From the human T2T-CHM13v2.0 reference genome, Homo sapiens: a stretch of DNA of 64,000 nucleotides. The translations under genes were made by a program, and so were the position numbers. The notes under the pieces are model-generated. The model was not told where the DNA came from. It did no database searches and saw only the letters and a program-made list of their open reading frames with translations. Below, in pieces: positions 1-12,000 of the stretch. The DNA lies in the NCBI RefSeq assembly GCF_009914755.1, contig NC_060944.1; one strand, given 5' to 3'. Every line of letters starts with the position of its first letter. The first letter of the stretch is position 1.

Positions 1-11
1 AGCTTGGAGGA

Positions 12-28
12 TTTCGTTGGAAACGGGT
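12..28 (+). promoter_or_regulatory. CENP-B box (dimer A; recurs in every HOR)
   Basis: tttcgttggaaacgggt keeps the 9 essential bases of nTTCGnnnnAnnCGGGn. Confidence 0.9.
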
Positions 29-352
29 ATGTCTTCAGATAAACTCTAGACAGAAGCATTCTCAGAAACTTCTTTGGGATGTTGCATTCAAGTCACAGAG
101 TAGAACATTCCCATTCATAGAGCAGATTTGAAACACTCTTTTTGTAGTATCTGGAAGTGGACATTTGGAGCGCTTTCAGGCCTATGTTGAAAAAGGAAAT
201 ATCTTCCCATAAAAACTAGACGGAAGCATTCTCAGAAACTTATTTGTGATGTGTTTGCTCAACTAACAGGATTGAACCATCGTTTTGAAGGAGCAGTTTT
301 GAAACACTGTTTTCGTGGAATCTGCAAGTGGATATTTGGCTAGCTTTGAGGA

Positions 353-369
353 TTTCGTTGGAAACGGGA
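353..369 (+). promoter_or_regulatory. CENP-B box (dimer B; recurs in every HOR)
   Basis: tttcgttggaaacggga, canonical. Confidence 0.95.
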
Positions 370-690
370 TTACATATAAAAAGGAGACAGCAGCATTCTC
401 AGAAACTTCTTTGTGATGTCTGCATTCAATTCACAGAGTTGAGCATTCCCTTTCATAGAGCAGGTTGGAAACACTCTTTTTGTAGTATCTGGATGAGGAC
501 ATTTGGAGCGCTTTCAGGCGTATGGTGAAAAAGGAAATATCTTCCCGTAAAAACTAGACAGAAGCATTCTCAGAAGTTTATTTGTGATGTGTGCCCTCAA
601 CTAACAGAGTTGAACCTTTCTTTTGATAGAGCAGTTTTGAAACACTCTTTTTGTAAAATCTGCAAGAGGATATTTGGATAGCTTTGAGGA

Positions 691-707
691 TTTCGTTGCA
701 AACGGGA
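691..707 (+). promoter_or_regulatory. CENP-B box, variant at non-essential position 9 (dimer C)
   Basis: tttcgttgcaaacggga; core intact. Position 9 is T in units 17, 19 and 23. Confidence 0.85.
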
Positions 708-1032
708 ATGGTTTCATATAAACTCTAGACAGAAGCATTCTCAGAAACTTCGTTGGGATGTTTCGATTGAAGTCCCAGTGTTGAACATTCCCTTTTATAG
801 AGCAGGTTGGAAACACTCTTTCTGCATTCCCTGGAAGTGGACATTTGGAGCGCTTTCAGGACGACGGTGAAAATGGAAATATCTTCCAAGAAAATCTAGA
901 TAGAAGCAACGTCAGAAACTTTTATGTGATGGATCTACTCAGCTAACAGAGTTGAACCTTTCTTTTGAGAGAGCAGTTTTGCAACACTCTTTTTGTGGAA
1001 TATGCAAGTGGATATTAGGGCAGCTTTGAGGA

Positions 1033-1049
1033 TTTCGTTGGAAACGGGA
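1033..1049 (+). promoter_or_regulatory. CENP-B box (dimer D)
   Basis: tttcgttggaaacggga, canonical. Confidence 0.95.
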
Positions 1050-1370
1050 ATACATGTAAAAAGCAGACAGCAGCATTCTCAGAAACTTCTTTGTGATGTT
1101 TGCATTGAAGTCACAGAGTTGAACATTCCCTTTGAGAGAGCAGGTTTGAAACACGCCTTTTGTCATATCTGGAAGTGTCCATTCGGAGCGCATTCAGGCT
1201 TGTGTTGAAAAAGGAAATATCCTCCCATAAAAACTAGACAGAAGCATTCTCAGAAACTTATCTGTGATGTATGTACTCAACTAACAGAACTAAACCATCG
1301 TTTTGAAGGAGCAGTTTTGAAACACTCTTTTTGCGGAATCTGCAAGTGGATATTTGGCTAGCTGGGAGGA

Positions 1371-1387
1371 TTTCGTTGGAAACGGGA
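1371..1387 (+). promoter_or_regulatory. CENP-B box (dimer E)
   Basis: tttcgttggaaacggga, canonical. Confidence 0.95.
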
Positions 1388-1537
1388 GTACATACAAAAA
1401 GCAGAGAGCAGCATTCTCAGAAACTTCTTTGTGATGTTTGCATTCAAGTCACAGAGTTGAACATTCCCTTTCATAGAGCAGGTTTGAAACACTCTTTTTG
1501 TAGTATCTGGATGTGGACATTTGGATCGCTTTCAGGC

Positions 1538-1554
1538 CTATGGTGAAAAAGGAA
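1538..1554 (+). promoter_or_regulatory. pJ-alpha box (example from the alternate, A-type monomers)
   Basis: ctatggtgaaaaaggaa occupies the box position in a monomer lacking a CENP-B box; variants occur in every second monomer. Confidence 0.75.
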
Positions 1555-1708
1555 ATATCTTCCCATGAAAACTAGACAGAAGCATTCTCAGAAACTTATT
1601 TGTGATGTGTGCCCTCAACTGACAGTGTTGAACCTTTGTTTTGATAGAGCAGTTCTGAAACACACTTTTTGTAAAATCTGCAAGAGGATATTTGGATAGC
1701 TTTGAGGA

Positions 1709-1725
1709 TTTCGTTGGAAACGGGA
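1709..1725 (+). promoter_or_regulatory. CENP-B box (dimer F; mutated in units 11 and 12)
   Basis: tttcgttggaaacggga, canonical. Confidence 0.95.
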
Positions 1726-2050
1726 ATGTCTTCATGTAAACTCTGGACAGAAGCATTCTCAGAAACTGCTTTGGGATGTTTCAATTGAAGTCCCAGTGTT
1801 GAACATTCCCTTTCATAGAGCAGGTTTGAAACACTCTTTTTGTACTATCTGGAAGTGGACATTTGGAGCGCTTTCAGGTCTACGGTGAAAAAGGAGATAT
1901 CTTCCAATAAAAACTAGATAGAAGCAATGTCAGAACTTTTTTCATGATGTATCTACTCAGCAAACAGAGTTGAACCTTTCTTTTGAGAGAGCAGTTTTGA
2001 AACACTCTTTTTGTGGAATATGCAAGTGGGTATTAGGCCAGCTTGGAGGA

Positions 2051-2067
2051 TTTCGTTGGAAACGGGA
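2051..2067 (+). promoter_or_regulatory. CENP-B box (dimer G; mutated in unit 23)
   Basis: tttcgttggaaacggga, canonical. Confidence 0.95.
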
Positions 2068-2388
2068 ATACGTATAAAAAGCAGACAGCAGCATTGTCAG
2101 AAACTACTTTGTGATGTTTGCATTCAAGTCACAGAATTGAACACTCCCTTTCACAGAGCAGGTTTGAAACACTCTTTTTGTAGTGTCTGTAAGTGAACAT
2201 TTGGATTGCTTTCAGGCCTAAGGTGAAAAAGGAAATATCTTCCCATAAAAACTAGACAGAAGCATTCTCAGAAACTTGTTTGTGATGTGTGCCCTCTACT
2301 GACAGAGTTGAACCTTTCTTTGCAAAGAGCAGTTTTGAAACACTCTTTTTGTAGAATCTGCAAGAGGATATTTGGATAGCTTTGAGGA

Positions 2389-2405
2389 TTTCTTGGGAAA
2401 CGGGA
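2389..2405 (+). other. Degenerate CENP-B box (dimer H; defective in every HOR, doubled in 18-mers)
   Basis: tttcttgggaaacggga (tttcctggg in units 5, 7, 8, 10, 15) lacks the essential TTCG; second copy at 2731 in unit 1. Confidence 0.88.
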
Positions 2406-3061
2406 ATGTCTTCAGATAAACTCTAGACAGAAGCATTCTCAGAAACTTCTTTGGGATGTTTCAATTGAAGTCACAGTGTTGTACATTCCCTTTCACAGAG
2501 CAGGTTTGAAACACTCTTTTTGTAGTGTCTATAAGTGAACATTTGGCGTGCTTTCAGGCCTAACGTGAAAAAGGAAATATCTTCCCATAAAAACTAGACA
2601 GAAGCATTCTCAGAAACTTGTTCTTGATGTGTGCCCTCTACTGACAGAGTTGAACCTTTCTTTGCAAAGAGCAGCTTTGAAACACTCTTTTTGTAGAATC
2701 TGCAAGAGGATATTTGGATAGCTTTGAGGATTTCTTGGGAAACGGGAATGTCTTCAGATAAACTCTAGACAGAAGCATTCTCAGAAACTTCTTTGGGATG
2801 TTTCAATTGAAGTCACAGTGTTGAACATTCCCTTTCACAGAGCAGGTTTGGAACACTCTTTTTGTAGTGTCTATAAGTGAACATTTGGCGTGCTTTCAGG
2901 CCTAACGTGAAAAAGGAAATATCTTCCCATAAAAACTAGACAGAAGCATTCTCAGAAACTTGTTCTTGATGTGTCCCCTCTACTGACAGAGTTGAACCTT
3001 TCTTTGCAAAGAGCAGCTTTGAAACACTCTTTTTGTAGAATCTGCAAGAGGATATTTGGAT

Positions 3062-6000
3062 AGCTTGGAGGATTTCGTTGGAAACGGGTATGTCTTCAGA
3101 TAAACTCTAGACAGAAGCATTCTCAGAAACTTCTTTGGGATGTTGCATTCAAGTCACAGAGTAGAACATTCCCATTCATAGAGCAGATTTGAAACACTCT
3201 TTTTGTAGTATCTGGAAGTGGACATTTGGAGCGCTTTCAGGCCTATGTTGAAAAAGGAAATATCTTCCCATAAAAACTAGACGGAAGCATTCTCAGAAAC
3301 TTATTTGTGATGTGTTTGCTCAACTAACAGGATTGAACCATCGTTTTGAAGGAGCAGTTTTGAAACACTGTTTTCGTGGAATCTGCAAGTGGATATTTGG
3401 CTAGCTTTGAGGATTTCGTTGGAAACGGGATTACATATAAAAAGGAGACAGCAGCATTCTCAGAAACTTCTTTGTGATGTCTGCATTCAATTCACAGAGT
3501 TGAGCATTCCCTTTCATAGAGCAGGTTGGAAACACTCTTTTTGTAGTATCTGGATGAGGACATTTGGAGCGCTTTCAGGCGTATGGTGAAAAAGGAAATA
3601 TCTTCCCGTAAAAACTAGACAGAAGCATTCTCAGAAGTTTATTTGTGATGTGTGCCCTCAACTAACAGAGTTGAACCTTTCTTTTGATAGAGCAGTTTTG
3701 AAACACTCTTTTTGTAAAATCTGCAAGAGGATATTTGGATAGCTTTGAGGATTTCGTTGCAAACGGGAATGGCTTCATATAAACTCTAGACAGAAGCATT
3801 CTCAGAAACTTCGTTGGGATGTTTCGATTGAAGTCCCAGTGTTGAACATTCCCTTTTATAGAGCAGGTTGGAAACACTCTTTCTGCATTCCCTGGAAGTG
3901 GACATTTGGAGCGCTTTCAGGACGACGGTGAAAATGGAAATATCTTCCAAGAAAATCTAGATAGAAGCAATGTCAGAAACTTTTATGTGATGGATCTACT
4001 CAGCTAACAGAGTTGAACCTTTCTTTTGAGAGAGCAGTTTTGCAACACTCTTTTTGTGGAATATGCAAGTGGATATTAGGGCAGCTTTGAGGATTTCGTT
4101 GGAAACGGGAATACATGTAAAAAGCAGACAGCAGCATTCTCAGAAACTTCTTTGTGATGTTTGCATTGAAGTCACAGAGTTGAACATTCCCTTTGAGAGA
4201 GCAGGTTTGAAACACGCCTTTTGTCATATCTGGAAGTGTCCATTCGGAGCGCATTCAGGCTTGTGTTGAAAAAGGAAATATCCTCCCATAAAAACTAGAC
4301 AGAAGCATTCTCAGAAACTTATCTGTGATGTATGTACTCAACTAACAGAACTAAACCATCGTTTTGAAGGAGCAGTTTTGAAACACTCTTTTTGCGGAAT
4401 CTGCAAGTGGATATTTGGCTAGCTGGGAGGATTTCGTTGGAAACGGGATTACATACAAAAAGCAGACAGCAGCATTCTCAGAAACTTCTTTGTGATGTTT
4501 GCATTCAAGTCACAGAGTTGAACATTCCCTTTCATAGAGCAGGTTTGAAACACTCTTTTTGTAGTATCTGGATGTGGACATTTGGATCGCTTTCAGGCCT
4601 ATGGTGAAAAAGGAAATATCTTCCCATGAAAACTAGACAGAAGCATTCTCAGAAACTTATTTGTGATGTGTGCCCTCAACTGACAGTGTTGAACCTTTGT
4701 TTTGATAGAGCAGTTCTGAAACACACTTTTTGTAAAATCTGCAAGAGGATATTTGGATAGCTTTGAGGATTTCGTTGGAAACGGGAATGTCTTCATGTAA
4801 ACTCTAGACAGAAGCATTCTCAGAAACTGCTTTGGGATGTTTCAATTGAAGTCCCAGTGTTGAACATTCCCATTCATAGAGCAGGTTTGAAACACTCTTT
4901 TTGTACTATCTGGAAGTGGACATTTGGAGCGCTTTCAGGTCTACGGTGAAAAAGGAGATATCTTCCAATAAAAACTAGATAGAAGCAATGTCAGAACTTT
5001 TTTCATGATGTATCTACTCAGCAAACAGAGTTGAACCTTTCTTTTGAGAGAGCAGTTTTGAAACACTCTTTTTGTGGAATATGCAAGTGGGTATTAGGCC
5101 AGCTTGGAGGATTTCGTTGGAAACGGGAATACGTATAAAAAGCAGACAGCAGCATTGTCAGAAACTACTTTGTGATGTTTGCATTCAAGTCACAGAATTG
5201 AACACTCCCTTTCACAGAGCAGGTTTGAAACACTCTTTTTGTAGTGTCTGTAAGTGAACATTTGGATTGCTTTCAGGCCTAAGGTGAAAAAGGAAATATC
5301 TTCCCATAAAAACTAGACAGAAGCATTCTCAGAAACTTGTTTGTGATGTGTGCCCTCTACTGACAGAGTTGAACCTTTCTTTGCAAAGAGCAGTTTTGAA
5401 ACACTCTTTTTGTAGAATCTGCAAGAGGATATTTGGATAGCTTTGAGGATTTCTTGGGAAACGGGAATGTCTTCAGATAAACTCTAGACAGAAGCATTCT
5501 CAGAAACTTCTTTGGGATGTTTCAATTGAAGTCACAGTGTTGAACATTCCCTTTCACAGAGCAGGTTTGAAACACTCTTTTTGTAGTGTCTATAAGTGAA
5601 CATTTGGCGTGCTTTCAGGCCTAACGTGAAAAAGGAAATATCTTCCCATAAAAACTAGACAGAAGCATTCTCAGAAACTTGTTCTTGATGTGTCCCCTCT
5701 ACTGACAGAGTTGAACCTTTCTTTGCAAAGAGCAGCTTTGAAACACTCTTTTTGTAGAATCTGCAAGAGGATATTTGGATAGCTTGGAGGATTTCGTTGG
5801 AAACGGGTATGTCTTCAGATAAACTCTAGACAGAAGCATTCTCAGAAACTTCTTTGGGATGTTGCATTCAAGTCACAGAGTAGAACATTCCCATTCATAG
5901 AGCAGATTTGAAACACTCTTTTTGTAGTATCTGGAAGTGGACATTTGGAGCGCTTTCAGGCCTATGTTGAAAAAGGAAATATCTTCCCATAAAAACTAGA

Positions 6001-9000
6001 CGGAAGCATTCTCAGAAACTTATTTGTGATGTGTTTGCTCAACTAACAGGATTGAACCATCGTTTTGAAGGAGCAGTTTTGAAACACTGTTTTCGTGGAA
6101 TCTGCAAGTGGATATTTGGCTAGCTTTGAGGATTTCGTTGGAAACGGGATTACATATAAAAAGGAGACAGCAGCATTCTCAGAAACTTCTTTGTGATGTC
6201 TGCATTCAATTCACAGAGTTGAGCATTCCCTTTCATAGAGCAGGTTGGAAACACTCTTTTTGTAGTATCTGGATGAGGACATTTGGAGCGCTTTCAGGCG
6301 TATGGTGAAAAAGGAAATATCTTCCCGTAAAAACTAGACAGAAGCATTCTCAGAAGTTTATTTGTGATGTGTGCCCTCAACTAACAGAGTTGAACCTTTC
6401 TTTTGATAGAGCAGTTTTGAAACACTCTTTTTGTAAAATCTGCAAGAGGATATTTGGATAGCTTTGAGGATTTCGTTGCAAACGGGAATGGCTTCATATA
6501 AACTCTAGACAGAAGCATTCTCAGAAACTTCGTTGGGATGTTTCGATTGAAGTCCCAGTGTTGAACATTCCCTTTTATAGAGCAGGTTGGAAACACTCTT
6601 TCTGCATTCCCTGGAAGTGGACATTTGGAGCGCTTTCAGGACGACGGTGAAAATGGAAATATCTTCCAAGAAAATCTAGATAGAAGCAACGTCAGAAACT
6701 TTTATGTGATGGATCTACTCAGCTAACAGAGTTGAACCTTTCTTTTGAGAGAGCAGTTTTGCAACACTCTTTTTGTGGAATATGCAAGTGGATATTAGGG
6801 CAGCTTTGAGGATTTCGTTGGAAACGGGAATACATGTAAAAAGCAGACAGCAGCATTCTCAGAAACTTCTTTGTGATGTTTGCATTGAAGTCACAGAGTT
6901 GAACATTCCCTTTGAGAGAGCAGGTTTGAAACACGCCTTTTGTCATATCTGGAAGTGTCCATTCGGAGCGCATTCAGGCTTGTGTTGAAAAAGGAAATAT
7001 CCTCCCATAAAAACTAGACAGAAGCATTCTCAGAAACTTATCTGTGATGTATGTACTCAACTAACAGAACTAAACCATCGTTTTGAAGGAGCAGTTTTGA
7101 AACACTCTTTTTGCGGAATCTGCAAGTGGATATTTGGCTAGCTGGGAGGATTTCGTTGGAAACGGGATTACATACAAAAAGCAGACAGCAGCATTCTCAG
7201 AAACTTCTTTGTGATGTTTGCATTCAAGTCACAGAGTTGAACATTCCCTTTCATAGAGCAGGTTTGAAACACTCTTTTTGTAGTATCTGGATGTGGACAT
7301 TTGGATCGCTTTCAGGCCTATGGTGAAAAAGGAAATATCTTCCCATGAAAACTAGACAGAAGCATTCTCAGAAACTTATTTGTGATGTGTGCCCTCAACT
7401 GACAGTGTTGAACCTTTGTTTTGATAGAGCAGTTCTGAAACACACTTTTTGTAAAATCTGCAAGAGGATATTTGGATAGCTTTGAGGATTTCGTTGGAAA
7501 CGGGAATGTCTTCATGTAAACTCTAGACAGAAGCATTCTCAGAAACTGCTTTGGGATGTTTCAATTGAAGTCCCAGTGTTGAACATTCCCATTCATAGAG
7601 CAGGTTTGAAACACTCTTTTTGTACTATCTGGAAGTGGACATTTGGAGCGCTTTCAGGTCTACGGTGAAAAAGGAGATATCTTCCAATAAAAACTAGATA
7701 GAAGCAATGTCAGAACTTTTTTCATGATGTATCTACTCAGCAAACAGAGTTGAACCTTTCTTTTGAGAGAGCAGTTTTGAAACACTCTTTTTGTGGAATA
7801 TGCAAGTGGGTATTAGGCCAGCTTGGAGGATTTCGTTGGAAACGGGAATACGTATAAAAAGCAGACAGCAGCATTGTCAGAAACTACTTTGTGATGTTTG
7901 CATTCAAGTCACAGAATTGAACACTCCCTTTCACAGAGCAGGTTTGAAACACTCTTTTTGTAGTGTCTGTAAGTGAACATTTGGATTGCTTTCAGGCCTA
8001 AGGTGAAAAAGGAAATATCTTCCCATAAAAACTAGACAGAAGCATTCTCAGAAACTTGTTTGTGATGTGTGCCCTCTACTGACAGAGTTGAACCTTTCTT
8101 TGCAAAGAGCAGTTTTGAAACACTCTTTTTGTAGAATCTGCAAGAGGATATTTGGATAGCTTTGAGGATTTCTTGGGAAACGGGAATGTCTTCAGATAAA
8201 CTCTAGACAGAAGCATTCTCAGAAACTTCTTTGGGATGTTTCAATTGAAGTCACAGTGTTGAACATTCCCTTTCACAGAGCAGGTTTGAAACACTCTTTT
8301 TGTAGTGTCTATAAGTGAACATTTGGCGTGCTTTCAGGCCTAACGTGAAAAAGGAAATATCTTCCCATAAAAACTAGACAGAAGCATTCTCAGAAACTTG
8401 TTCTTGATGTGTCCCCTCTACTGACAGAGTTGAACCTTTCTTTGCAAAGAGCAGCTTTGAAACACTCTTTTTGTAGAATCTGCAAGAGGATATTTGGATA
8501 GCTTGGAGGATTTCGTTGGAAACGGGTATGTCTTCAGATAAACTCTAGACAGAAGCATTCTCAGAAACTTCTTTGGGATGTTGCATTCAAGTCACAGAGT
8601 AGAACATTCCCATTCATAGAGCAGATTTGAAACACTCTTTTTGTAGTATCTGGAAGTGGACATTTGGAGCGCTTTCAGGCCTATGTTGAAAAAGGAAATA
8701 TCTTCCCATAAAAACTAGACGGAAGCATTCTCAGAAACTTATTTGTGATGTGTTTGCTCAACTAACAGGATTGAACCATCGTTTTGAAGGAGCAGTTTTG
8801 AAACACTGTTTTCGTGGAATCTGCAAGTGGATATTTGGCTAGCTTTGAGGATTTCGTTGGAAACGGGATTACGTATAAAAAGGAGACAGCAGCATTCTCA
8901 GAAACTTCTTTGTGATGTCTGCATTCAATTCACAGAGTTGAGCATTCCCTTTCATAGAGCAGGTTGGAAACACTCTTTTTGTAGTATCTGGATGAGGACA

Positions 9001-12000
9001 TTTGGAGCGCTTTCAGGCGTATGGTGAAAAAGGAAATATCTTCCCGTAAAAACTAGACAGAAGCATTCTCAGAAGTTTATTTGTGATGTGTGCCCTCAAC
9101 TAACAGAGTTGAACCTTTCTTTTGATAGAGCAGTTTTGAAACACTCTTTTTGTAAAATCTGCAAGAGGATATTTGGATAGCTTTGAGGATTTCGTTGCAA
9201 ACGGGAATGGCTTCATATAAACTCTAGACAGAAGCATTCTCAGAAACTTCGTTGGGATGTTTCGATTGAAGTCCCAGTGTTGAACATTCCCTTTTATAGA
9301 GCAGGTTGGAAACACTCTTTCTGCATTCCCTGGAAGTGGACATTTGGAGCGCTTTCAGGACGACGGTGAAAATGGAAATATCTTCCAAGAAAATCTAGAT
9401 AGAAGCAACGTCAGAAACTTTTATGTGATGGATCTACTCAGCTAACAGAGTTGAACCTTTCTTTTGAGAGAGCAGTTTTGCAACACTCTTTTTGTGGAAT
9501 ATGCAAGTGGATATTAGGGCAGCTTTGAGGATTTCGTTGGAAACGGGAATACATGTAAAAAGCAGACAGCAGCATTCTCAGAAACTTCTTTGTGATGTTT
9601 GCATTGAAGTCACAGAGTTGAACATTCCCTTTGAGAGAGCAGGTTTGAAACACGCCTTTTGTCATATCTGGAAGTGTCCATTCGGAGCGCATTCAGGCTT
9701 GTGTTGAAAAAGGAAATATCCTCCCATAAAAACTAGACAGAAGCATTCTCAGAAACTTATCTGTGATGTATGTACTCAACTAACAGAACTAAACCATCGT
9801 TTTGAAGGAGCAGTTTTGAAACACTCTTTTTGCGGAATCTGCAAGTGGATATTTGGCTAGCTGGGAGGATTTCGTTGGAAACGGGATTACATACAAAAAG
9901 CAGACAGCAGCATTCTCAGAAACTTCTTTGTGATGTTTGCATTCAAGTCACAGAGTTGAACATTCCCTTTCATAGAGCAGGTTTGAAACACTCTTTTTGT
10001 AGTATCTGGATGTGGACATTTGGATCGCTTTCAGGCCTATGGTGAAAAAGGAAATATCTTCCCATGAAAACTAGACAGAAGCATTCTCAGAAACTTATTT
10101 GTGATGTGTGCCCTCAACTGACAGTGTTGAACCTTTGTTTTGATAGAGCAGTTCTGAAACACACTTTTTGTAAAATCTGCAAGAGGATATTTGGATAGCT
10201 TTGAGGATTTCGTTGGAAACGGGAATGTCTTCATGTAAACTCTAGACAGAAGCATTCTCAGAAACTGCTTTGGGATGTTTCAATTGAAGTCCCAGTGTTG
10301 AACATTCCCATTCATAGAGCAGGTTTGAAACACTCTTTTTGTACTATCTGGAAGTGGACATTTGGAGCGCTTTCAGGTCTACGGTGAAAAAGGAGATATC
10401 TTCCAATAAAAACTAGATAGAAGCAATGTCAGAACTTTTTTCATGATGTATCTACTCAGCAAACAGAGTTGAACCTTTCTTTTGAGAGAGCAGTTTTGAA
10501 ACACTCTTTTTGTGGAATATGCAAGTGGGTATTAGGCCAGCTTGGAGGATTTCGTTGGAAACGGGAATACGTATAAAAAGCAGACAGCAGCATTGTCAGA
10601 AACTACTTTGTGATGTTTGCATTCAAGTCACAGAATTGAACACTCCCTTTCACAGAGCAGGTTTGAAACACTCTTTTTGTAGTGTCTGTAAGTGAACATT
10701 TGGATTGCTTTCAGGCCTAAGGTGAAAAAGGAAATATCTTCCCATAAAAACTAGACAGAAGCATTCTCAGAAACTTGTTTGTGATGTGTGCCCTCTACTG
10801 ACAGAGTTGAACCTTTCTTTGCAAAGAGCAGTTTTGAAACACTCTTTTTGTAGAATCTGCAAGAGGATATTTGGATAGCTTTGAGGATTTCTTGGGAAAC
10901 GGGAATGTCTTCAGATAAACTCTAGACAGAAGCATTCTCAGAAACTTCTTTGGGATGTTTCAATTGAAGTCACAGTGTTGAACATTCCCTTTCACAGAGC
11001 AGGTTTGAAACACTCTTTTTGTAGTGTCTATAAGTGAACATTTGGCGTGCTTTCAGGCCTAACGTGAAAAAGGAAATATCTTCCCATAAAAACTAGACAG
11101 AAGCATTCTCAGAAACTTGTTCTTGATGTGTCCCCTCTACTGACAGAGTTGAACCTTTCTTTGCAAAGAGCAGCTTTGAAACACTCTTTTTGTAGAATCT
11201 GCAAGAGGATATTTGGATAGCTTGGAGGATTTCGTTGGAAACGGGTATGTCTTCAGATAAACTCTAGACAGAAGCATTCTCAGAAACTTCTTTGGGATGT
11301 TGCATTCAAGTCACAGAGTAGAACATTCCCATTCATAGAGCAGATTTGAAACACTCTTTTTGTAGTATCTGGAAGTGGACATTTGGAGCGCTTTCAGGCC
11401 TATGTTGAAAAAGGAAATATCTTCCCATAAAAACTAGACGGAAGCATTCTCAGAAACTTATTTGTGATGTGTTTGCTCAACTAACAGGATTGAACCATCG
11501 TTTTGAAGGAGCAGTTTTGAAACACTGTTTTCGTGGAATCTGCAAGTGGATATTTGGCTAGCTTTGAGGATTTCGTTGGAAACGGGATTACATATAAAAA
11601 GGAGACAGCAGCATTCTCAGAAACTTCTTTGTGATGTCTGCATTCAATTCACAGAGTTGAGCATTCCCTTTCATAGAGCAGGTTGGAAACACTCTTTTTG
11701 TAGTATCTGGATGAGGACATTTGGAGCGCTTTCAGGCGTATGGTGAAAAAGGAAATATCTTCCCGTAAAAACTAGACAGAAGCATTCTCAGAAGTTTATT
11801 TGTGATGTGTGCCCTCAACTAACAGAGTTGAACCTTTCTTTTGATAGAGCAGTTTTGAAACACTCTTTTTGTAAAATCTGCAAGAGGATATTTGGATAGC
11901 TTTGAGGATTTCGTTGCAAACGGGAATGGCTTCATATAAACTCTAGACAGAAGCATTCTCAGAAACTTCGTTGGGATGTTTCGATTGAAGTCCCAGTGTT

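Larger units (their letters stand above)
1..3061 (+). repeat. HOR unit 1: 18-monomer variant (3061 bp)
   Basis: The start motif agcttggaggatttcgttggaaacgggtatg recurs at 3062. An extra 342 bp dimer is present: tttgaggatttcttggg at both 2381 and 2723. Confidence 0.95.

Noticed and set aside
53-72. Dyad gaagcattctcagaaacttc containing TTCTCAGAA (STAT/GAS-like TTCnnnGAA)
   Set aside because: This is a generic feature of most alphoid monomers; it is short and imperfect, and nothing here supports binding or hairpin function.
748-764. Apparent extra CENP-B box cttcgttgggatgtttc
   Set aside because: Only the 5' half matches; it lacks A10 and CGGG and differs by one base from the ordinary cttctttgggatg motif.
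1-3061. Assignment to the chromosome 6 D6Z1 18-mer because of the ~3.06 kb unit
   Set aside because: Here the 18-mer is a minority derivative of a 2719 bp 16-mer by dimer duplication, and the monomers look SF2-like, whereas D6Z1 is SF1.
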